64,000 nucleotides of DNA from Acidisarcina sp. GTDB lineage: Bacteria; Acidobacteriota; Terriglobia; Terriglobales; Acidobacteriaceae. Below the pieces are notes generated by a model that saw only the letters and a list, made by a program, of their open reading frames with translations, was not told the origin of the DNA and ran no database searches. The number at the start of each line of letters is the position of its first letter. The first letter of the stretch is position 1. The position numbers and the translations under genes were made by a program. The DNA is taken from NCBI GenBank assembly GCA_965199205.1, contig OZ240688.1:68276-132275 (forward strand). The letters are read 5' to 3'. Below are positions 57,013 through 64,000 of the stretch, in pieces.

Positions 57013-58251
57013 ATGCTGGGCGAGCTGCTGAAACAAGCATATGAAGCGATGATTTATAACCGGCGCCGCACCATGATCACCATGGTGGGTATGGCCTGGG
57101 GTATCGCGACGGTGGTGATCCTGCTGGCCTACGGTGCTGGGTTTCAACGGGCGATCGAGGCGATCTTCGCGCAATGGGGTACCCACTTGATCGGTATCTT
57201 CCCAGGCAGGACGAGTGAGCAGGTTGGCGGCTCCAAGGCCGGGGTGGTCGTCAGGCTTACGCAGGATGATGTGGATCGCCTCTACAACTCCGTCCCGGGG
57301 CTGTTGCGTGTGACGCCGGAGCTATCGAAGGACGTACCGGTGCAGAACGAACTGCACACGTACACCTGGACGGTCAATGGGGACCGCCCTGAGGCGCAAT
57401 CGATCCTGAAACTCGACGTGGAGAGCGGCCGCTTCTATACGACGCAGGATGACGAGCAGCGAGCCCACGTTGCGGTGATCGGTTCAGAGGCCAAGACAAA
57501 GCTGTTCGGCGGCCAGTATGCGATCGGACGGCGCATCCGGCTTAACGGGATCGGCTTCACCGTGATCGGTGTTCTACAACCGAAGATGCAGGAAGGCGAC
57601 GATGATGCCAATCGCCAGGTGCGCATTCCTTTCAGTACCATGAGCGATATCAAAGACCCGAAATACCTCGACGGAATCTGGATGAATTACAAAGGCGACA
57701 ACAAGACCGTCGAGCGCGCGGTGCGGACGAACCTGGCGGAGGAGCATAACTTTCAGGTGAGGGACCACAACGCCCTCTATGTGGCCAACCTAGAAGAGCA
57801 GCTCAGCCAGTTTCGCATCGTAAGTCTTGCGCTACAGGTTCTACTTCTTTTTATTGGGGCGTTGACCCTGGGAATCGCCGGCATCGGGCTGATGAACATC
57901 ATGCTGGTGGCGGTGCAGCAGAGAACGAAAGAGATCGGCATCGAAAAGGCGCTGGGTGCGCGCAAGCGGCATATCCTGGTCCAGTTCATGGCCGAAGCGC
58001 TGGTGATTACCGGCATCGGCGGTGCCGCCGGCATCGCTCTCGCGTATGCGGTATCGCTGATCGTCGGCAGGATCACGTTCTATAGCGCGGTTGCGAGCAA
58101 TGCAAGCGACGCGGATATTCAACTACTCATTTCGCCGGTCAGCATTGCGGTCGCAACCGGCATTCTCATTTTAGTGGGACTGGTGAGCGGGATGGTGCCG
58201 GCGCTCAAGGCGGCCAATATGAATCCGATCGAGGCGCTCCGCTACGAGTGA
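57013..58251 (+). CDS. MacB/FtsX-like ABC transporter permease
   Basis: RTMITMVGMAWG, GIGLMNIMLVAVQQRTKEIGIEKALGA, VPALKAANMNPIEALRYE. Confidence 0.9.
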   Translation: MLGELLKQAYEAMIYNRRRTMITMVGMAWGIATVVILLAYGAGFQRAIEAIFAQWGTHLIGIFPGRTSEQVGGSKAGVVVRLTQDDVDRLYNSVPGLLRVTPELSKDVPVQNELHTYTWTVNGDRPEAQSILKLDVESGRFYTTQDDEQRAHVAVIGSEAKTKLFGGQYAIGRRIRLNGIGFTVIGVLQPKMQEGDDDANRQVRIPFSTMSDIKDPKYLDGIWMNYKGDNKTVERAVRTNLAEEHNFQVRDHNALYVANLEEQLSQFRIVSLALQVLLLFIGALTLGIAGIGLMNIMLVAVQQRTKEIGIEKALGARKRHILVQFMAEALVITGIGGAAGIALAYAVSLIVGRITFYSAVASNASDADIQLLISPVSIAVATGILILVGLVSGMVPALKAANMNPIEALRYE

Positions 58252-58263
58252 CAAGCAGAAGGT

Positions 58264-59283
58264 TCAGACGGCGCGGCCTAAGGCTTTTTCGCGGTATAGC
58301 TCGGAATCGGCCCGGCTGAGGACTTGAAGAAGCGTCTCGCCCGGGGACCACTCCGCCATGCCGATCGAGGCGCTCACCTTGACACTCAGCATGCTTCCGG
58401 GAAGCTCCAGTTCGTAGTTTCCGAAGACCCACGGTCTCATGCGCTGCACTTTGATCTTGGTGTTGGTGAAGTTGCCGTCGAGGACGAGGGCGAATTCATC
58501 GCCGCCCCATCGGCCCACGACATCTTCGGCGCGGGAGGCGAGGCGCAACTCGATGGCGATCTGGCGCAAGAGCTCATCGCCGGCCAGATGGCCGTGGAGA
58601 TCGTTGATCTTCTTGAAGTCATTCAGGTCGATGATGACGACGCAGAAAGGAACCTGATTTTCGACCCTGCGGCCGATGCGCATCTCGACCTCGCGACGAT
58701 TGTAGAGCCCGGTGAGCGGATCGAGCGAAGCCAGTTCCTGGGCTTGCTCCAGTTCGGCGCGGTATCCGGCAAGGCTCTCCTGGAGTTGAGTGATCGAATC
58801 GTTGCCTTCCCGGGTCATGCGTTCGATACAGCCTTTCAGTTCTCCCGCGCTGTGCAACAAGGATGCGCGAATTCTTGTGAGATCGTCCAGCTGCGCGACG
58901 GTCTCGAGGTTCTCCGAGATGGCGGCGAACTGCCGGGTGTAGCGCTGATCGCGCTTGCCAAAGAACTCCGCGGTACTGGCGAGCTCAGCGAGGATCTCTT
59001 TAACTTCCGCTGTCTTCCGTTTGTAGTAAGCCTCGCTATTTTTCCCCCAGAGCTGCAGGGATTTCAAGACCTTATTCTGAATCGGCTTGAGCGTTTCCGC
59101 GGAATAGTTCCCGGTTAGAGATTTGGCGGCAGAAGAGAGGTCATATTGCAGCGGTTGACCAGTGGACGGGCAACAGCGAACTGCGCCTTCGGCGATTGCG
59201 TTTAGTGTGTCGCGATACGCGACACTGCTCAGGCGCAGGAGTTTATCCGGGTTCTGCTCGAGAAGGGCTTTGATCGAAATCAT
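58264..59283 (-). CDS. Diguanylate cyclase (GGDEF) with N-terminal helical region
   Basis: DPLTGLYNRR, IDLNDFKKINDLHGHLAGD, RAED I-site, RWGGDEF, SRADSELY; start uncertain (59283 or 59349). Confidence 0.92.
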   Translation of the reverse strand: MISIKALLEQNPDKLLRLSSVAYRDTLNAIAEGAVRCCPSTGQPLQYDLSSAAKSLTGNYSAETLKPIQNKVLKSLQLWGKNSEAYYKRKTAEVKEILAELASTAEFFGKRDQRYTRQFAAISENLETVAQLDDLTRIRASLLHSAGELKGCIERMTREGNDSITQLQESLAGYRAELEQAQELASLDPLTGLYNRREVEMRIGRRVENQVPFCVVIIDLNDFKKINDLHGHLAGDELLRQIAIELRLASRAEDVVGRWGGDEFALVLDGNFTNTKIKVQRMRPWVFGNYELELPGSMLSVKVSASIGMAEWSPGETLLQVLSRADSELYREKALGRAV

Positions 59284-59469
59284 CTGTTCATCTTGTTCAG
59301 ACCTAGCTGGGTTGCCGCCTGCAGTGAGATGGCGATACCGTTGGCCCACAACATGGATATCGGGCAGACAGCAGACTTCATTAACTATTACCGCGCAGCC
59401 CGGGGCAGAACGGCGAAAAAGAGCGGCCCACCACTGTGGACCGCTCTAGGAAGTCGCTGCCGATTCATT

Positions 59470-61464
59470 TCAGTCGCTCGACTCGTCTCGTTTGTAGGGA
59501 ACCTGTAGGTGAAGGCGTGCCTCGTTGAGGGCGCCTTGGGTGTTGTCGTTGGTCTGGACGGCCTGACGATATTCATTGACGGCGCGGTCGCGCTGGCCGG
59601 TCACGTCGAAGATCTTGCCGAGCTGGATGTGGCTCCAGACCTCGGTCCATTTCGGATCGTCGTCGCCGCGCAGCGCATCGCGGTAGGCGTTGGCGGAGGC
59701 TTGGTAGTTGCGCTGGTTGAAGAGGGCTTCGCCGATACGATAGCTGGCCAGCGAACTATTAGGATTGGCTGCTATGGCTTTCTGGTACTCGGCAATGGCG
59801 CCCGCGGTATCGCCTTGAGCGATAAGTTGCTGACCGCGCAGGATGGAGATGCGGACCTGCATGTCGGGGGAGTTCTTGAGCAGCCAGCCGTTGGAGTCGA
59901 GGGAGATGTGGCGGGGACGGCCGAAGGTGTCGACGACGTACTGGGAATCGGTACCGACAACATCGATGCGCTTGATCTCGGTCTTTCCGTCAGTTTCGAT
60001 CTTCAGTTCGACGGGCATGCGGAAGAGATCGAGGTCCTGGCCGATTTCGCCGATGGTGCGGAAGCCCTTGTTGTTGCCGAGCCGGTAGACGGTGTACTTA
60101 TCAGTAAACTCCGGCGCGCCGGTGCCGTCGATCCATTGGGCAAAGAAGGCTGTGAGCTGTTGTTGAGACTGGGACTCGGCGAGTCGCATGAAGTCGGAGT
60201 TGCGGATCGGCTTGTCGGCGTATTGGGTAAGCGTCGCTTTGAGAATGTTCCGGAAGCTGTCGTCGCCGACCTCCCAACGAAGCATGTGAAAGACCATCGC
60301 CCCTTTTTCGAGAGTGAGGGACTGGAACTCGGGGCTGAAGGGGTCGTCGCGGCCGACTGAGCCTAGCGGGATGGTGTCGTAGGCGAGGGCACCGGCAGAG
60401 ATATCGACGACGGCCTTCTGCAAGGCGCTTTGGCCGGCCTCGTCCTCGAGATACATGAGCTCGGCGTAGCGGGACATACCGTTGGTGATCCAGGCGTCAT
60501 TGAGGGTCGCGGGCGAGACTTGGCTGCCCCACCATTGCCGGGCCACGGTGTTGGCGAGCAGGCGGTAGTTGGCCTTGGAGGTCATGCGACCGCCGGGAAT
60601 TGCGGCGATCTCCGGGGCCCAGAAGGCGGGCAGGGTATCGTCCGGGATTTCGACAACGTTGAAGTGAACCGATTCCGCGGGACCGAAGAGGCCGGTGAAA
60701 AAGTTGAATTCCTTGGCTGCGGTGTCGGCAAACTCGGGAGCGGTGGCCTTATGCGCGTCGGTGGTCCAGATATGAATATACGAGGCGCTGGGAGCGGGAA
60801 TAGGGTTAAACTTGCCCGCGATGATAGTGCCGGGAAAACCGGGCTTGTCCCACTTGAAATCGAAGGTGCCGCCGGACTGGGTGATGGGGGTGACGGCGCC
60901 GCTGCCGACGACGCGGTAGTCGGCGGGAACGGTCACATTGATGTCAGCCGTGAACCGGTCAGTCAAGTAGCCAGTCATGGGAAACCATCGCGCCGGATAC
61001 AACAAATAACTGATGGGACTGCCGATCGAGGCGAGCTTCAGACCCTCGACCGGGCTCTCTTCGGAGCCGGAGAGAACGCCGTCATAAGCGAAGGTAAAGG
61101 TCGTGCTCTGACCTTTGGCGAGGGCTGCAGGCAGAGTCAGGCGGATGGTTGCGTCGGCGCCGCGTTCGCCGGAGAGCACGTGGCCTGACCCGTCCGTGAC
61201 TTTCTCGACTTTGAGGGCGCTATGCAGCTGAAAAAGTACGGTGTCGGAGGTCTCGAGCGGCGTAAACGTGACCCGCGCAGTGGCCTTGATGCTGTGAGCA
61301 TCCGGGTCGATCTGGGCGTCGATCTTGTAGGCGGTAATATTGATCGCGGGCTTGTCAGCGGCGTGAGAGAGAACGGGCGTAAGCAGCGAAAAGCCAAGGA
61401 TTGCAAGGCACAGGAAGGCCGGACAAACTCTCAAGACACGCATATGCACAAAGGTGATCTTCAT
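59470..61464 (-). CDS. Exported M1 aminopeptidase-fold protein with C-terminal TPRs; catalytic motifs degenerate
   Basis: Signal peptide; M1 N-domain (YKIDAQIDP, WFPM, FTADINVTVP); HExxH position reads NTVAR-QWWG; KGAMVFHMLR; C-terminal TPRs (GAIAEYQKAI, SANAYRDAL, AVNEYRQAV). Confidence 0.85.
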   Translation of the reverse strand: MKITFVHMRVLRVCPAFLCLAILGFSLLTPVLSHAADKPAINITAYKIDAQIDPDAHSIKATARVTFTPLETSDTVLFQLHSALKVEKVTDGSGHVLSGERGADATIRLTLPAALAKGQSTTFTFAYDGVLSGSEESPVEGLKLASIGSPISYLLYPARWFPMTGYLTDRFTADINVTVPADYRVVGSGAVTPITQSGGTFDFKWDKPGFPGTIIAGKFNPIPAPSASYIHIWTTDAHKATAPEFADTAAKEFNFFTGLFGPAESVHFNVVEIPDDTLPAFWAPEIAAIPGGRMTSKANYRLLANTVARQWWGSQVSPATLNDAWITNGMSRYAELMYLEDEAGQSALQKAVVDISAGALAYDTIPLGSVGRDDPFSPEFQSLTLEKGAMVFHMLRWEVGDDSFRNILKATLTQYADKPIRNSDFMRLAESQSQQQLTAFFAQWIDGTGAPEFTDKYTVYRLGNNKGFRTIGEIGQDLDLFRMPVELKIETDGKTEIKRIDVVGTDSQYVVDTFGRPRHISLDSNGWLLKNSPDMQVRISILRGQQLIAQGDTAGAIAEYQKAIAANPNSSLASYRIGEALFNQRNYQASANAYRDALRGDDDPKWTEVWSHIQLGKIFDVTGQRDRAVNEYRQAVQTNDNTQGALNEARLHLQVPYKRDESSD

Positions 61465-62675
61465 TCCGCCAAACTCGAAATCTGCTGTTCCGGTTGATGA
61501 GCGCGCTTCGCGACCAGCGCGAGCGTGATGCCGGCGACTCGCTCGACAGCGCTCTCCTGCTTCGGTTTCCGAATGGCTGGGCTGCTGAAGCGAAGCTGGC
61601 TTGCAACCTGGCGGAGCTCTTCTTTCATTGTTTCTCGATCGTTCTCATTGTGCATCAGCCGACGCAGATGTAAGACGACGTTCGCAGCGGTAAAGTCACC
61701 CTGGATGAGTTCGGGAACCACTTCCCGGTTAGCAATCAAATTGACCATAGCGACAAAGGGTACCTTGACGACGCGCCTGGCAACAGCATAGCTGAGCTCT
61801 GAGATGCGGTAGACAACCAGGAAAGGGGTGCCGATCAGGGCAGCTTCTACCGTGGCGGTGCCGCTGGCGACGACGCTGGCGCGGGCGTGGTGGAGAGCCG
61901 CGCGGGCGTCGTCGACCAGGGTAATTCTCGGTGCGGGCGCGTTCAATAGGATGGCCGAGAGCGTGGCCTTGTGCGCGGGGGTGAGTGTAGGCGCGAGCGG
62001 CAGGAGGAATTCAGCGTCTTCGCCAAGATCTCTCGCCGCCCGGAGCATCGTGGGGAGGTTCAGCTCAATTTCTTTGCCGCGGCTGCCGGGCAGCAGGGCG
62101 ATCCAGGGTTTGGCGGGATCGAGATGGTGCTCGGCGGCGAAGCCGGCGCGGGAGATGTTGGGCGCGGGCAGGCTGGCGAGTGGATGACCGACGAAGGTCG
62201 CGGATACGCCGTGGCCCTCGTAGAACGCCTCCTCGAAGGGAAAGATGACCAGCATCCTGTCGACATAGCGCTGCACGTGCTTGATACGGTGTTTCTTCCA
62301 GGCCCAGAGCTGAGGGCTGACAAAGAAGATGACGGGGATTTTGAGGCGGTAGAGTTCGCGGGCGAGCGAGAGGTTGACGTCGGGAAAGTCGATGAGAATG
62401 GCGGCGTCGGCGAGGGGTTTCGGTTGGAGGCTGCGCTTGAGCTTGCGGTATTCGGCGTAGATGCGGGGCATGTGGCGGACGACTTCGGTGATGCCCATGA
62501 CCGCGACGTCTTCGGCTCGCACGATGCGCTCGAGGCCGGCGGCTTCCATGCGATGGCCGCCGAGGCCGAAGAAGGTGGCGCCGGGAGCCAGCTCGCGGAG
62601 GGCGTGGATCAGTGACGTGCCGTAGTGCTCCCCGCTGGCTTCACCGGCGGAGAGGAAGATGCGTGGACCGGTCAT
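61461..62675 (-). CDS. lpxB: Lipid-A-disaccharide synthase
   Basis: IFLSAGEASGEHYG, AVMGITEV, IDFPDVN, SPQLWAW, IFPFE, LLPGSR, SGTATVE. Confidence 0.95.
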   Translation of the reverse strand: MTGPRIFLSAGEASGEHYGTSLIHALRELAPGATFFGLGGHRMEAAGLERIVRAEDVAVMGITEVVRHMPRIYAEYRKLKRSLQPKPLADAAILIDFPDVNLSLARELYRLKIPVIFFVSPQLWAWKKHRIKHVQRYVDRMLVIFPFEEAFYEGHGVSATFVGHPLASLPAPNISRAGFAAEHHLDPAKPWIALLPGSRGKEIELNLPTMLRAARDLGEDAEFLLPLAPTLTPAHKATLSAILLNAPAPRITLVDDARAALHHARASVVASGTATVEAALIGTPFLVVYRISELSYAVARRVVKVPFVAMVNLIANREVVPELIQGDFTAANVVLHLRRLMHNENDRETMKEELRQVASQLRFSSPAIRKPKQESAVERVAGITLALVAKRAHQPEQQISSLAE

Positions 62676-62682
62676 CGCGTTA

Positions 62683-64000
62683 TCAGTCCATGCCGACCAG
62701 GGTGGAAGCGGATTCCACGCCGAAATGGGGAAGTTCCTGGTCTTTGTACTGGAGTTGATAGAGCTTGTAGTAGAGGCCGCGGCGGGCAAGCAACTCCTGG
62801 TGGGTACCCATCTCGCGAAGCTGCCCTTTGTGCATGACCAGAATGACGTCTGCCCTCTGGACCGTGGAGAGGCGATGCGCGATGACGACCGAGGTGCGGC
62901 CAGTGACCATGCGCTCGAGCGCCGAGCGGACGAGGAGTTCGGTGTCGGTGTCGACACTTGAAGTCGCTTCGTCGAGGATGAGGATTTTGGGGTCGTGGGC
63001 GAGGGCGCGAGCGAAGTTGATCAATTGCTTGCGGCCGGTCGAGAGGGTAGCTCCGCGTTCGCGGACCGGTTCGGTGAAATCGCCCGGGAGTTCATCGATG
63101 TAGTCCAACAGGTTGACGTCGTTCGCGGCCTTCTTCATGCGCTCATCGGTGATCCAGTCGGAGCCGAGGCGGATGTTGTCGGCGATGGTGCCGGTGAAGA
63201 GGAAAGGATCCTGCAGAACGACGCCGAAGCGCTGGCGAAGTTGCTTCAGGCTATGCAGCCTTACATCGACGCCGTCGACCAGAATGCTGCCGCTCTGGAT
63301 GTCGTAGAAGCGCATCATGAGGCTGATGATGGTGGTCTTGCCGGCGCCCGTGTGCCCGACGATCGCCGCGGTCTGGCCGGTTTCGATGATGAAGGAGACG
63401 TCGCGGAGGATCCATTCGACGGTGCTGCCGAGGGCGGCGAGTTCGGCGGAGTTTTCGCTGGCGGCACTCTGTTTCTGTTGCTCGTCAAGGTGCTGATAGG
63501 TAAACCACACGTTTCGGAATTCAATGCGCCCTGCCTGTTCGATCTCTTCGGGCGAGACAGGGTTCAGGATCGCGGTCGGGGTGTCGAGGAGCTGAAAGAC
63601 GCGCTCGCTGGCGGCCATGGCCGCCTGGAGGATGTTGTATTTGTCACTGAGGTCCTGGATGGGTCGAAAAAAGCGCATGGAGTACTGCATGAAAGCAACC
63701 AGGACGCCGACGGTCACGGTGCCGCGCAACACCCCGTCTCCACCGCGCCAAAGCACTAGGGCGATAGCGACGGTGGAGAGAATCTCTACCGCCGGATAGT
63801 AGAGGGCGTAAGCGAGGATCGCGTCCTTGAAGGCGACCATGTGCTGGCGATTTACTGCCTCGAAATCGTCGTAGGCGCGCTGTTCGCGGTTGAAGAGCTG
63901 GACAACGGTCATGCCGCTGATGTGTTCCTGGGTGAAGGCGTTGATGCGGGCGATGGCGGAACGAATGCGGCGATAGGAGCTGCGCACGTATTTGCGAAAG
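62683..64000 (-). CDS. ABC exporter permease/ATPase (MdlB/MsbA-like), 5' end outside the window
   Basis: RPIQDLSDKYNILQAAMAASERVF, Walker A GHTGAGKTT, signature LSTGRKQ, ILDEATSSVD, IAHRLST. Confidence 0.9.
   Translation of the reverse strand, partial: FRKYVRSSYRRIRSAIARINAFTQEHISGMTVVQLFNREQRAYDDFEAVNRQHMVAFKDAILAYALYYPAVEILSTVAIALVLWRGGDGVLRGTVTVGVLVAFMQYSMRFFRPIQDLSDKYNILQAAMAASERVFQLLDTPTAILNPVSPEEIEQAGRIEFRNVWFTYQHLDEQQKQSAASENSAELAALGSTVEWILRDVSFIIETGQTAAIVGHTGAGKTTIISLMMRFYDIQSGSILVDGVDVRLHSLKQLRQRFGVVLQDPFLFTGTIADNIRLGSDWITDERMKKAANDVNLLDYIDELPGDFTEPVRERGATLSTGRKQLINFARALAHDPKILILDEATSSVDTDTELLVRSALERMVTGRTSVVIAHRLSTVQRADVILVMHKGQLREMGTHQELLARRGLYYKLYQLQYKDQELPHFGVESASTLVGMD

Noticed and set aside
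62683-64000. ABC signature LSTGRKQ as evidence for a degenerate nucleotide-binding site
   Set aside because: Single-residue deviation; Walker B and H-loop are intact; the gene is incomplete in the window, so nothing can be concluded.

Overview
High-GC (~62-65%) bacterial chromosomal window. Gene content and order suggest Acidobacteriota (Acidobacteriaceae-like); this is an inference. It is mostly core and semi-core genes: ClC-LysR-ClC; clpC; an sfp-acyltransferase-beta-propeller-lolE...lolD run; a heme-c/HAMP sensor facing a Ser/Thr kinase; mutS-nagZ-anmK-peptide-binding lipoprotein; hemX-like-hemACD; nth, dedA, ino1; an 8-gene caa3 oxidase + Rieske/cytochrome b operon; metY-metX; ppiD, malQ, treY; two MacB-like permeases; a diguanylate cyclase; and an ABC exporter-lpxB-M1/TPR operon. 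I found no rRNA, tRNA, CRISPR array, intact transposase or integrase. The most notable observations are: (1) an exported M1-aminopeptidase-fold/TPR protein that has lost every recognisable catalytic residue yet is translationally coupled to lpxB; (2) a possible Qcr-caa3 supercomplex operon with a cytochrome b-c fusion, an unusual PDFA Qo motif and an unknown membrane subunit; (3) an output-less CxxCH-HAMP receptor paired with a soluble kinase; (4) a truncated HAD-like probable pseudoenzyme; and (5) several non-coding relics: REP-like palindromes (some flanking an insert that splits lolE from lolD), a MITE-like element, a MazF fragment and a low-GC decayed segment. All family assignments come from motif recognition by eye; no searches were run.
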